Assembly (NCBI GenBank): GCA_965644295.1
Contig: CBFFRP010000132.1
Span: forward strand, 62,001-126,000
Direction of reading: 5' to 3'
DNA from: Paraphysomonas bandaiensis
Lineage: Eukaryota; Protista; Chrysophyceae
DNA length: 64,000 bases
Shown: one piece after another, positions 39,320 to 52,136 of the stretch
How positions within the stretch are numbered: position 1 is the stretch's first letter
Layout of the letters: each line of letters begins with the position of its first letter
The notes under the pieces: generated by a model
What the model was told of the DNA's origin: nothing
The model's input: the letters and a program-made list of their open reading frames with translations, nothing else
Database searches by the model: none
Made by a program: the position numbers and the translations under genes

Positions 39320-40430
39320 TATGGCACATGACACACAATGCATAACAAAACTACATACAAGCAATATTGATATTACTGTTATGCATGCTATTAGAAATTG
39401 CGATGACATTGATGAGTTAACCGATACACCAACGAGTGTACAAGATGCTGTTTCAGGTAAACATAAGCAGCAGTGGATTGATGCGATAAACAAAGAATAT
39501 TTACTCTCCAGAGGAAAGGGTGCTGGAAATATGCTTTGTTACCACCAGGGGCACGAGCAATCAGAGGAAAACTCACCTTTAAAATCAAAAGGAAGCAGAA
39601 AGACATAAAGTTTGAGGCTCGACTGGTCGCCTAGGGATTCACACAAATCCCAGGTATTGATTATAATGATACGTACAGTCCCGTCGCGAAAGCAACATCA
39701 TTGCGAACAATTATTGCTCTTTCAACCATCATGAGACTCAAACTTCACCAAATTGACTTCTTTACCACTGCTTATATCAATGCTGATCTCGAGGAGGACA
39801 TATATATATGCATCCCCTCCTGGCTTGAACATTCCTGACGGCAAAAAGTACTCAAACTACTTAATAGTATCTATGTTCTAAAGCAAGCAGGTTTAAATTG
39901 GTATAAGTGCGGTACACACTCTATGCTAGATATATATCTGACTCCCGTGTATATTCAAAAAGCAAATAAATCGTAGGATTATGCTAATAGCTCTGTATGT
40001 GGACGATATTATTATAGCATATGCATCTGACACCGATATCCAACAATTCAAAGACCACTTATCCAAAAAATTCGAAATTACGGATCTCGGACTCTTAGAT
40101 TATTACTTAGGCATTTCCATATTTACCAAAAGACTTCGATAAGAATATCACGATACTATAAGTCAGGAACAATATGATGTCACCAAAATACTGGACAAAT
40201 TAAATATGTCAAACTGTAAACCAATGTCTACACCAATGTCGCTCTTGTTCAATGGCTACGCTCCTTATTATCAGAAATTGGTTTCAAACTTCTAATCTCA
40301 ACAGCTATTTGGTGTGATAATAAAGGTGCAGCCCAATTATGTTACAACCTTACTCATCATTGCCGTACAAAACATATCGCAATCCGATATCACGTCATTC
40401 GAGAACATATTGCCGAGATATCATGAACTG
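39320..40430 (+). mobile_element. Degenerate Ty1/Copia RT-RNase H relic
   Basis: ARLVA*GFTQIPGIDYNDTYSPVA, TAYINADLEEDIY, LKQAGLNW, LYVDDII and CDNKGA...RTKHIAIRYH, with stops and frameshifts. No LTRs found. Confidence 0.9.
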
Positions 40431-40985
40431 AATTATTAAATAACATCACTTTACACTCTAATAATCACAACATTGTTTTACTATTACTAAGTCAATTCTT
40501 TATTCAGAACGCAGTCAATACAGATTACAGATCATCCTTGCCCTTTCATAAATAATATACGTTGTAATTTTGAATTGCCATATGTGTTAATACGTTAATG
40601 CACTAAGAGATAAGATTTAAAACCTTCATACATTGTCAAATTTATTGTCACAGGCGATTGAGTACTCAACGCATATATAGTCCAACATCCAACAGACTTC
40701 GACTTATTCTAACAAGGCAGCCTCACCCCATTCTTAGCAAGATGAGCGCTAACGCAATAACCAACATAAAGTACCTTTAGTGCTGTAAAACGCATTCTTG
40801 ATAAGCCCGGTGTCATTTTAAATTCCAAACATGCAAGTAAACTAACTAAAAATCATCATTCCCCATAATTCTTCATATTTACAAACCAGAGCTACCGATA
40901 TAAAAAACTACGCATATCGCTATAGAAATATCTACGGACAGGGATTTGTGTAGACGAAATATACATAAAGTACAAAAGTGTTGGC

Positions 40986-41770
40986 CTAAAATAGGAGTTC
41001 CTTAAAATATGCCTCCATTCCAAATGCGTCGTCAATCCGAGTGGATGTCTTAATATCCTCATGATTTGAGGATGCCTCAGCCCCTGACCCGGTCCTCGTA
41101 GTAGGTTCCACCTCCTTGCTAGCAGGATCTAATTTTTCTCGCTTTCGTTTTTTTTCTTTTTCGCTATTATCAGAATCGTGATTTGATCGTTTCGATTTAT
41201 GACGACGAGAGCGTTCCTTCTGTTCGGGGCTAGTGCTTTCGGTAGAAGAACGACTACTAGATTTCGCCAGAGAGCGAGCCTTTTTGTAAAACAGCTTTCG
41301 AGCACAATCCTCGCATGCTCTCACTTTAACTAATTCAAATTTTACCTCATTATTCTCTCGATATCTAAAAGGAACTTCATAGCTTATGAGTCCACAATTA
41401 CGATCACAAGATAGTGAACCACACACGAACTGTCCCTTTCCGGAAACAACTTCTTTCTCTACTCTCCACCGCAATCCAATCTTTCCATCAGTATATCTGG
41501 ACAGGTCACAAAGTGCATACTCCTAGAAAAAAATGAATTTGATAACTAGAGTACCCACAACATCACCTTAAATAGCCTGTTGTAATATTTTCTAGCCATT
41601 CTGATCTCCCAGCTCTTACTGAGTAACGTGCTGTCATCTTCATCATTTCTAACAAATTGGTGGTGCTGGCGTAAAGCAACTATATCGTCTGAGAGAAGAT
41701 CATCCGTATACTGCCTCTTGCCGATATCTACAAGGCGGGTGTGGAGAGAAAACGAATCACTGTCTGCCAT
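40986..41770 (-). CDS. FRA10AC1: Folate-sensitive fragile site protein FRA10AC1 homolog; 2 exons
   Basis: HQFVR...WE.RMARKYYNRLFK | EYALCDLSRY..GKIGLRWRVEKEVVSGKGQFVCG...SYEVPFRYRE...LVKVRAC..C. Confidence 0.92.
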
Positions 41771-42156
41771 TTGTTAAATCGATACTATTCTGAAGCAATA
41801 GCTGATAAGGGGCTTCTACATCTGCAGTGTATAGTTGACACCTTAGCACGGCAGGAAGAGTGTCTGGTTTTCCAGACGAGCATATGATTTGATGACTTTG
41901 TTTGTGTTATTGGTATACGGTATACCTTATACAGTTCACTCGCGCTATGGTGGACGATATATGGTAGAGGTACAGTATATCCCGATATAGGAATTCCTTA
42001 CGCTACGTAGATAGATGATGTACCTGCCTTAAACCCTTGGGTATATTTTTGTTCAAAGATGCCTCAAATATTGAGACAACAATTATCCGTATTCTAGTCG
42101 TAGTTGTATATTAGTAATATAGAGTAGTTTTGCTTCAATTTATTTCCGAAAAATAA

Positions 42157-44058
42157 GGCTCACCCCATACAAGGCCAAAACTCGAGCTCCAATATTCTCT
42201 CCATACAAGCAAATTTCTCGAGAATTGCAAAACTCGACTTTTGAGAAACTCGACTTTTATTTTCTCACCATACAGGCAATAAATACTGCAAACTGATCAG
42301 TCATATTGCTTATTACTTCCTATGTATGTAATCATAGTCAGCCACAAGAATGACCACTGATATCGATGCACTTAAAGAGTTTGAATGGGAGAGAATGAGA
42401 TCTGCGATCTATTCGGAACAAAGGGTCTGAAACTTGGCACGCAAGCGAATAAAAATCCTGAAAATTTTGAAGGAAAAGAAGGAGCTACCCGAGGCATGTG
42501 AGACCACCTTAGCCAAGATAATCTCGCTGCTTTCGTCATGAACACTTTAACGAACTATTTTTAAACAATTTCGATTTAACGTATGAGAAAGCGAGAACTT
42601 CCCGGTTTAATGTAAAATTAAATACAACCAAGGACCTTCTGATAGGTATGGTACATAACAGAGTATGGTCAAACTTTATGAGTATGTCTGAGAATGACAT
42701 CAACACAATGTTGTCTATTTTAGAAGAAGAGAACCCTAAAGATTTCGATATCCTTGTCAATGTGTATGTCATAGAACAATAGATATTGATAATTTGGGAA
42801 ATACTTAAAAGTTGCAAGTATTTATGAAGATACTACGTCGTAGTTGGCTAGACGCAACTGCTATTTCGCTGCCTCTGACGTCATGTATTTTATTGATCTG
42901 CATCATGGATAAAGTGTACCAAAATGACTAAGACTTATATTATAACCGATGACTGATAGAGATTTACTTGACAATATAGTGTCTGATGGTTTATTAGATG
43001 CATAGATATTTTAAGCAAGTATACTAATAAGTGAATAAAAGGAGATGAAATAACTTGTCCCGAAAGTTTCCAAAATACAACAGATGAGATAATACAGCAG
43101 TGAATGTCTGTTATTAGCAATAGACGTGTAAGATGTAAGAGTCAGAACTAGTTAAGCAAACTGAGATAATACAAGGAAACGAAAAATTCCAAGATTTTAT
43201 TGATGCTTAATTAGAAATGTTAAATATATTATACATTGACATGTATATTATTGGACATTGACTCATAGTGCACAATTGCCTGAAAGGATTGCCTAGCCCC
43301 TTGGTCAAGAAATTAATCGTCAAAGAGATCATGTCCCTGACTGAAGCTAATAAGAAATATTGACACATTGGTCCCTCTGTGACAAAAACTTCCCTCGTAG
43401 AAGTATCCACGAAAAGCCGTTATGAAGTGGAATGTACAGAATTGATGATGTCTTCCCACCCATAGATGCAGTGATCTCACTCCATAGAGCGTCCAGATAA
43501 ACAAGTGCTTGGCCCTTCCGATGCCATAAATCGGAGCATGTGAATTCCCAGTTCAATTTCTTATTCCTACTCTGCACAAAAATTAGGGGAAATCCACGTG
43601 GCTGTGTCCACATCGACTCCTTGTATGGTAACTGATAAAGAAGCATCGAGGAGGTAAAGTATAAATTAGAATGACTCGTGCGACAAAGGCACTCTCGCAC
43701 GCAACAGTAAACTTGTTCCCAAAGTAAAGTCGTCTGAGCTCGCTTAAAGCTCTTATATCTCTGGCTGAGTAAGATCAATTATTCGATATCTACGACAGCA
43801 TATCGCTTCCACAACGCCACTTTCAGCCATCTTCTGCGAATACAATGTGCCCGACATTGAATCAAATCATAATAACATGTTACATTGTTGTATACATGCA
43901 TCATTCGGTCGAATGTAGATGAAAATCGACTTTGGCCAAAGTCGATAAAAAAGTCGGTAACCTCATTTTCTTTTCGATCGAGGTTGCCGAGTAAATCTCA
44001 AGTTTGGCAAAAGTCGAGTATTGCATTTCTCGAGATTTGGCCTTGTATGGAGTGACCC
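42157..44058 (-). mobile_element. PIF/Harbinger-like DNA transposon, decayed
   Basis: Terminal inverted repeats GG(C/G)TCAC(C/T)CCATACAAGGCCAAA.CTCGAG. TAA on both flanks (42154-56, 44059-61). Subterminal CTCGACTTT repeats. Broken ORFs on both strands. Confidence 0.8.
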
Positions 44059-44887
44059 TAAGATGCTGACTGCCGATAGGTGCTGTGTCCTACAGTACAC
44101 CACCTTCTTATCGGCTCCAGATAGGTATTGGATATAAAACGATACCCGACACCTAGGCACACTACAAGAATATACACTCAGTGATAAGAAATACGTCAGA
44201 TCAACAGATTCAAGAACTCGTGTAACAATCAACACTAAGCGGTCGTTCCTTTCTAGGAATGTGAACATGAGTCTGGCGACTGTTTATACCGGGTATAGTC
44301 TATACCTCCATGAAGTGAGTGAAGTGAATAAGATACATCAATGAGTACAGCCGAAGGTAGCTTGTGTTGAATATTTTAGTTTACTTGTATTGCCTACACG
44401 TAGTATTTTAATCACGAAATTCAATGTGCATTGCTGATGTGACGTATTCACTATAATATGATAAGAAATAGTTTAGATGAAAGCTATAAAATATATTACA
44501 GATTGTGGCATATATGAAATATGAAACTATATCTTCGTACTGAGTAGCTTTCCACTCAGTTGAAATTAAACTTTGACGCCTGCATTAGCTCTTCCTTTAT
44601 ACACTCTTAGACCATAAAAGGCAAGAAAGCTATGAGTATATATGAAGAGCCAAGGCAGATAAATTAGTTAGATATTGCAAGAGAAACTTGCATTACATAT
44701 AGATATGTAGATGAGGCTATATTGGCTCCCATTAAGTATTCACATATGACACCTCGATGTACAAACTCTACAAATGTACTAGTGTCAAATATACACACTA
44801 TCGTAATAAAACAACATCTCTATTACTGCTTCGTGAAATATGTTCACAGAATATGACCGAAATTCGGAGTTGGATTTCGAAAAGTAG

Positions 44888-45285
44888 TTAGCCAACCACA
44901 ATATATTCACAGTCATCAGTATCTCTGGCCATATCGTTATGGTCCACAACGACATAGTCGTCGTCAAAAATTTCTGGACATCTAATTTTATCTTCTTCAG
45001 CTAAATGTGCCTTGCAATAGCATTGAATAGCGATCTTCCTGAATGTCTTGGCATTAATCTTCCAATCCTGCCATGTACACATTACGAAAAGTCGTTATTA
45101 AATGACATATCTATCACAGAGGGATATACCGTTTTCTGATCTCTAATTTTTCGATATAAGGACTTAATGCCAATATCAGGCGCGGTTTGCCGTGTTTTCA
45201 TGATTTCGTCCACGATTTCCTGCTCCTGGGGCACGTAAGTTCGCTCCGTGACAGCTGATTTAGCTACCACTGCTGCTACAGGCAT
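44888..45285 (-). CDS. Small hypothetical protein (~110 aa); 2 exons
   Basis: Two track ORFs join in frame through a GT-AG intron (~45068-45129): ...RDQKT|DWKINAK.... Divergent partner of the LamG gene. Confidence 0.6.
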
Positions 45286-45845
45286 TGCAAGTCAAAATGC
45301 TAAATTAGTTGGATTGATTTGATCTGTAGAGTAATTTGATTGCACATCTAGACATGCATTGAACACAGAAATCATAATTCAAAAACAGATCATGAGATTC
45401 AGCATTCGAAAAATAGAAACAACGGAATATTGCACTACATACAGACGAGTGATTGGTATACTGTGGTATGTATAAGATATGAAATCACGAGCAGCAGATA
45501 GGTAGGATTCGGTTTCACATCAGTTGAATATGTATTGCTGTATGTGGTATATACGGTGTAGATGTATGTGATGTGTAAGGGACATGTGACTGGATCGCAC
45601 TCTGCACACTTCCACTTCCTTCATTTCCATTATTTCACTGGAGAAGTGGCGTGCGGTACGTTAAAGGAGTTATAAGGAGTGGGAGTGTTGGAGCTGTATG
45701 TGGAGTATTATGTTCATTATGAAGCACTTCTCTCACAGTACACCGTGAGCTGTCCTGTTTGTTGATAATTGATAGTTGTTGTCTTTGTCTAGTGGTTTTG
45801 TTTAGACACGAGAATACAGTATAATTTATTTGATAAATTACAAGA

Positions 45846-48800
45846 ATGGGATGTAATAACTCTAAGCCCGTTCACTTTGATGGTACTCCAGATGAAGAAG
45901 TGCAGCATCATGCGAAATCGATTAAACTAGCTGCTCAGAGTGGTGAGGCGGGCAAGGGCCCGGAGAATCGAATTATTTCAGCTCTACGCGGAGTACTAAA
46001 AGCCACCGAGCCCAGTGATTCTATTATTTACCCGTCATCGGCTGATAAGCTCGCAGCAGCGATTGAATCTCTTAGAACTGAAGTCCCTAACATATACAAC
46101 AAATATATTAATGAAGTTAATGTTGCACGTATCGCAACATGTAATAGAATAGTGTATACCGATTTGAGCGATGCCGAGCTTGCTCTTCATGAAGCCAAAA
46201 AAGATTTTTCCCGGATAAAATGGATACCTAAGGTTGTAAATGTTTCGGCAAATTCGAAAAACATCCTGGGATCGTCAGTGGAGTTCGGACTGTCTGGACC
46301 TGGTGCTGCATCTGTTGGATTCTGCGTAGAAGCTTGGGTGCTAGTGGATCAACCGCATAAAAAGGGCGAGGGATTGGCCGTTTCTCTCGTTGATGTACTT
46401 TCCACCTCGGGCCGAAACCCTGGTATGTGTCCTACTTTCGGCATCGACCAAGAGGGAAAATGTGTAATGGACTTTCACAAGCGGGCTTGTCTCCCCATGA
46501 AGAACAAGCTCGTGGAGGTGGGAGTTTGGACACACGTAGCTTTTGTATTTGGTCGAGATATTATGACTATGTATTTGAATGGGGCATATATCGGCTCCAA
46601 GGATTCACCTCCACCCTCTGGTGAAGTTGCCCTTTCTGTGTGCTCTGGATTGTTTGGATTCGTGACTGAACTTCGAGTGTGGAACTGCGAGCGATCGGAC
46701 GAGGAGATAGTAGAAACGATGAATAAATCTATTCCACCAAGTAGTGCTAAGAACTACCCGGGATTAAGGCTCTGCTGGATGCCTTTGGCAAAGGGAAGCA
46801 CAGCTTACACACCCGGGGCGTTTCTGTATGATGCATGGAGGAAACGCCCCGTGGGGATGCGTGAGGGTATGGGCAGTGTGCCAGATACACGCTGGCCGTG
46901 CGCGCTACCGAGTGCACTAATACCTGACACAGCTTTCTTGTACTGCACAGACCACTTGGAAGAAGCGGCGGAGTCGTGGGAACACTTCGCAATGGAATCA
47001 GTTGCAGCCCAAGAACCATCAAAGAAGTATGTACCATCATCGAGTGTGGTGGAAAACCGTGCACTACAGATTGTGAGTGTGCTTATGCGTAGCGGAGGGC
47101 CATGGATTCCTCGTGTGGTTTCCCTTCCTCCTGGGACATCCGCCTGTGTAGGTCTTACTGACCAGCTGGACCTTGTGTCCGAGAAAGGGTTCACTGTTGA
47201 GTGTTGGGTGCGTATAAGAGGCCTCGGCTCCGGCGACGACAATACCATCATAGGGGTTGGGAGGGGAGATCCGTGCGGAGAATCGAATGGAATGCGTCTT
47301 GTTCTGCGACATGGCAGACCCTGCTTTGTTCTAATGGGTGTCACAGTTGAAACGGAGCTTGGAGTACCGAAGAGACAGTGGACGCACATTGCATTTGTGC
47401 ACACTGGTCAGTCTCAACAGGTATTCGTTAATGGGACGCTAATGGCGAAAGCTGCCTCTCCTTCCCTTTCTGGCTCTTGTACACTGAATATTGGGTCCGA
47501 CAGAGGCGAACACTCTCTCAACGGTGACTTATGTGAGTTGCGTGTTTGGAACAGGCCCATGGACAGCCCAGAGATAATTGAGTACATGAAGATAGCTATT
47601 CCTCCTCTAGGAGGGAAAGGTCATAAGGATTTGAGACTTACTTGGCTTCCTTTGCGTAATGGCGGGCCATTCTCGCAGGAAGTGTGGTGCCGCCGCAAAC
47701 TGATGAGCAACAAGATGAAGAAACCCCCCACACCAGCAGGATTGAAGCAAATATCAAGCCCTACTCCGTCCCTCTTGTGGGATGTGTGGAACATGCGGGA
47801 TGTGGGATTTCTATTGAACCCACCTGTTGACTTACTCGCATCCCGCACGAGGAACCTCCACCTCTCGCATCTCATTCCTCCGGTAGAGGAACTGCCAAGG
47901 ATGTGGTCAAAGAGCGCAGTTGCTGTCATTGACGAGTGGACTGATTCGTTTGACCGCGCCTTTGTTCCGAAGTGGTATGAAGCGCCTCAAGTGGACGAAT
48001 CTGATCATGAGGCATTTTCGCAGTTCCCCACCAACGCAGCAGAGGCAGTAGCGAAAGGGACCCCCTGGATTGCACGGGTTATGCGGACACGAAGTGGATG
48101 TGACTATTCTCTTCTTGTGGGGGCAACTGCGGAGATTGGCCTACTAGGTGTTGGTACTGGCGGGAGAGAGTTTACTCTTGAACTTTGGATCAGACCGCGG
48201 TCTACTGAGTATGACAAGAAGGGTATTGTGTTTGAAGACATTCTTGGTCACGAAGACAAGGAGAGCAATAAAGCAACTGGAATGTTTGGAATTGGACAAC
48301 CTAATGCATTAAGAGTAGGATTGGCGAACGGACAGCCGTTTATGAACTTCCAGGGACAAATTAAATCGCTGAGGAATAGTGACTTAAAAGAGGGGGTTAT
48401 AACTTCAGCATCGCTCCCTCCTAATGTGTGGTCTCATGTTGCATTCGTGGCTGTTGGTGATGGCAAATTACTGATATATGTTAACGCCAAAGAAGTTGCA
48501 CGGAAGGACAGAATCAGTCCTTTGCAGGCTAAGGCTGATGCTCCACTTTATGCTTTCGGATATGAAGATCGACTATTACGTAGTGATATTTGCGAGCTGA
48601 GACTATGGACAACTAGTCGAGCACAGAGTGACATCGAGGACTACATGAATAAAAGCATTGCACCAATGCCTACCGGTTTGGCGAGGGTGCCTGATCTGCG
48701 ATTGGCTTGGTTTCCTACCAATTCAATGAGATCTGTATTTTGGGACCACAAGTTCGTCAGTCATCGCGGCGTGTATCCTACCGGGAACAACGACAAACTT

Positions 48801-49769
48801 CCAAAATATACCAGAAGACCACACTTCTTGCCGCCAAGGCTGCGTGCCACTACCACAACTTTGCCTTGTGCCGCAGTTCTGGATGATAAGGGAGATGCGT
48901 TTGAGCGACATCTTTCTCATGCAATGCTTCCTCCTGTTGTAAGATTTCCAGATGGTACTGTTGATTACGCAGCCTATGATCCCGACTTTGAACCGCTAAA
49001 GAAAAAGGCGGATGAGCATTTTATGTCCGTTTCCACCCAGCGCGAGGAAATTGACATTGGCTGGGATGACTCTTGTGATGGGGCAATTGTGGCCGGGGAA
49101 AACAGTCGAATTGATGATGGTGGATGGATGGAGGAGTGGGAGAAAGGCGACATGGAGAGTATATGTGAAGAGGTCGTCGATGCATCCCTTTTTATTCCTC
49201 CTGTTGACGTTGCAACTCTGCCGAGCTCACGGCCTATCACTCCTGCTTCTGCCCTCACGGACCCTAATGTACCAACACCAGTGCAGGCTTTGACAACTGA
49301 CGAGTCAGGGAAGTTGGATTGTGAAAATACTCAAAGTTCAGAGGCTAATCCGGTACCGGGACAGACACCTACCGGTGAGGTACCTGTCGAAGAAGTGCCT
49401 AACACGGATTTGCGTGCTGATGACCTGCCTGGTGAAGAAGTACCAATTGATGAAATTCCTGCTGCAGGTGTTCCTGGTAATGAAGCCCCTGCTGCAGATG
49501 TCCCAGGTAATGAAGCCCCTACTGCAGATGTTCCTGGTGATGAAGTGCTGTGTAAAGAAGCTGAAGTCGAGAACTTGACACCAACCACCGCACCAACCTG
49601 CGGAGATGCGCAAAATGCAAGTGGTGATTATGATACTGACCAAAAAGACAACGATACACCTCTTGAAGTGCAATCCCCTGACAAAATGGAACATAATAAT
49701 CCTACAAGTGTGGACTCCGCCAATGAATCAGAAAAAAAGCAAGAAGAACTTACACCTGAAAAAGAATAA
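45846..49769 (+). CDS. Triple concanavalin A/LamG-like domain protein with an N-terminal acylation motif and acidic repetitive tail
   Basis: Starts MGCNNSK. Three repeats of FTVE.W[VI]...WTH[VI]AFV...Y.NG...ELR[VL]W. 30-nt tandem repeats (VPGNEAP.AD) at ~49425-49545. Confidence 0.8.
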   Translation: MGCNNSKPVHFDGTPDEEVQHHAKSIKLAAQSGEAGKGPENRIISALRGVLKATEPSDSIIYPSSADKLAAAIESLRTEVPNIYNKYINEVNVARIATCNRIVYTDLSDAELALHEAKKDFSRIKWIPKVVNVSANSKNILGSSVEFGLSGPGAASVGFCVEAWVLVDQPHKKGEGLAVSLVDVLSTSGRNPGMCPTFGIDQEGKCVMDFHKRACLPMKNKLVEVGVWTHVAFVFGRDIMTMYLNGAYIGSKDSPPPSGEVALSVCSGLFGFVTELRVWNCERSDEEIVETMNKSIPPSSAKNYPGLRLCWMPLAKGSTAYTPGAFLYDAWRKRPVGMREGMGSVPDTRWPCALPSALIPDTAFLYCTDHLEEAAESWEHFAMESVAAQEPSKKYVPSSSVVENRALQIVSVLMRSGGPWIPRVVSLPPGTSACVGLTDQLDLVSEKGFTVECWVRIRGLGSGDDNTIIGVGRGDPCGESNGMRLVLRHGRPCFVLMGVTVETELGVPKRQWTHIAFVHTGQSQQVFVNGTLMAKAASPSLSGSCTLNIGSDRGEHSLNGDLCELRVWNRPMDSPEIIEYMKIAIPPLGGKGHKDLRLTWLPLRNGGPFSQEVWCRRKLMSNKMKKPPTPAGLKQISSPTPSLLWDVWNMRDVGFLLNPPVDLLASRTRNLHLSHLIPPVEELPRMWSKSAVAVIDEWTDSFDRAFVPKWYEAPQVDESDHEAFSQFPTNAAEAVAKGTPWIARVMRTRSGCDYSLLVGATAEIGLLGVGTGGREFTLELWIRPRSTEYDKKGIVFEDILGHEDKESNKATGMFGIGQPNALRVGLANGQPFMNFQGQIKSLRNSDLKEGVITSASLPPNVWSHVAFVAVGDGKLLIYVNAKEVARKDRISPLQAKADAPLYAFGYEDRLLRSDICELRLWTTSRAQSDIEDYMNKSIAPMPTGLARVPDLRLAWFPTNSMRSVFWDHKFVSHRGVYPTGNNDKLPKYTRRPHFLPPRLRATTTTLPCAAVLDDKGDAFERHLSHAMLPPVVRFPDGTVDYAAYDPDFEPLKKKADEHFMSVSTQREEIDIGWDDSCDGAIVAGENSRIDDGGWMEEWEKGDMESICEEVVDASLFIPPVDVATLPSSRPITPASALTDPNVPTPVQALTTDESGKLDCENTQSSEANPVPGQTPTGEVPVEEVPNTDLRADDLPGEEVPIDEIPAAGVPGNEAPAADVPGNEAPTADVPGDEVLCKEAEVENLTPTTAPTCGDAQNASGDYDTDQKDNDTPLEVQSPDKMEHNNPTSVDSANESEKKQEELTPEKE

Positions 49770-52136
49770 ACCAGACAAGAATATGAGTGAGTGCTCATGA
49801 CGTGATGTACTGTGTAGCCTCGAATTTTTTTAAAATCTACATATGCAGTGTTATGATATGCTATGTCGTACATTTTCAAGTTATTATTAGAGTACGAGAT
49901 CACACACGTGTTTTTTAAATCTGTGAGTCCCATGTACTCGTCGTTATGGAGAGAGAAGTGTTCACGTTGAAATATTGTCATTATATGCGTAGTGCTGTTT
50001 TGTATGTTAATAATGTAAGCCAGTATATCGTATGAAAATATATGAAATATTATTATACTCAATCTTTCATGTAATAAAATCACCATTTCATAAATAAACT
50101 GTTCTACGCTTGAAGGTCATACCACTGATAAGTATGTAATATTAAACTTCCAGCTTGTTGATATTAATCTCTAGTAGCTATACTTTGTCCTTTGTTCTAT
50201 CCACTATCCAATTAAATACAGAATTTACAAAACTACAATAACAAGAGTAAGAATAGTACAGGGCTAGGGAACAATATATTGAATTGCAATATATATTAAA
50301 ATATATTGATTGGTGCACCGGCCAAATATTCCATCAATATTGTTTCTGTTAAAGTATATATATATCATATATGTATGTGTATATAGTGTTACTAAGTTGT
50401 TACTAAGTGTGAATAGAAGTAAGTGTTACTAAGTAGCTCATAATAGTATTGCAATTATTGCTACCAATATTATGATAGCCATTTTATAAGAAAAGATTCT
50501 CACTTGTACGGTGCAAAATATACGCTCATGTACATAAATATCCGGAAAAAAAAAGAAAAATACAGAAGACCTCTCACACGACAAGCAGACCTGATTATGG
50601 GGAAGCTAAAGCAATTGAAGAATGCTTCCTTGTTAAGTGGCCATACTAGTCTGCTTCCAGAAACTTTCTTCTGAAATTAATGCCATACGATGGTCCTCTA
50701 TCTTCAGGTTGTGCTCATGTGGTTGTGTAGAAGAGATTCTGTATTAGAAATTAGAGACCACCGGATGTAGTGACTGATATGATTCCTACTGCTCGACGAC
50801 TTGAGAAATGTACCTCCAATATACAACATCATGTGAACCCCTGATCTCGCAGCTAGACTTATTATCTCAGTGTTGCGCCCTACTACACTTGATATTATGA
50901 TGTTGTTTCTGAAAGCTAATCGACACTTGTGGCCGGATGCATATTTCAATTAGTTTAGAATGAATGTGGTGGTAATAACCAATGATGGTTTAGAAAATGA
51001 GTAGGAGGAGAGTTGTGACAAGCAAAGCAGTAGGTAGTCTTTGTCTAGCCGAGTAGTGGGTTTGGTGATCATGTTAGCTTTATGACGAGTACTGAATATG
51101 GAATCTACGCAAGTGTTTAATTGTTTATATATTGCAATAGTATCAATATTATTGGTGAGACGCTCTCTAACAATAGTATTGCAATATTATATTGTTCCAT
51201 ATATGAAAGTCTGATTATTACATGAGTACGGTTGCGTACAGAAACTAGTTTATGTCTATAGACTAGTTATATTGTTCCATAGCCTTTGAATAGAATATAG
51301 ATACCACAGCTGATGTATAAGCAAATGGGTTCATATATTTTGTAGAATACTAGAGCTTCGAATCGAATACAGACAATGAACGTGTCAATATTTTGAGGCA
51401 CATTTGGACAACAATATCAAAGGATGCCGATATCAAAGGAGTTGGTCTTAAGTTTACAGTAAAAATATTTATGGAATTTTTGCAGTCCACCCTAGCCCTG
51501 ATATATACAAGGTACTTGGCACTTGAATACGAATATATGGTGAGCAGTTTGTGTTTACTGGGTCTAAAAAAAGGTAAATTCTCTTAATTCTCTAACTTAC
51601 AATAAACAAGTCAAGCGTATGACCGCACAGGCATGGCGGGTAAAGGCGTCTGGGTGAGGCAGGCAAGCAAAATTATATTTTCTATTATTGTTCAAAACAC
51701 TTTAAATAGATGTTGATTTAAACAATTTAAAACATACAACCAACTTCTAAGTACGTGCTAGTATTTCGTTCATTGCTCGTAGCTACTCCGTACTATTTGT
51801 ACCAATGAAATATAGAATATAGAATATAGAATATAAGAAACTAAAACAATAGAGAAGGATGATATAGTGTTTGTTGAAACTATGCAAGCTAAATATATTG
51901 GCGTTGGCGATTGAAGCGCTGTAACTATCACATTACTACATTTTTACTATTACTATCTCTTTCTAAATAACATAGCAAGTACTATACCTTACAAACTGAA
52001 CTTGAAACTATAAAATAATGTTTTTACTTAAATATATTAGTTTTAAGGGAATACGTAAATATTGAAAGAGAACCCAACATTTTTAACTGCTGAATGATAC
52101 ATACAAGCAGTACCATAAAGAGTATTGTAGCTAATA

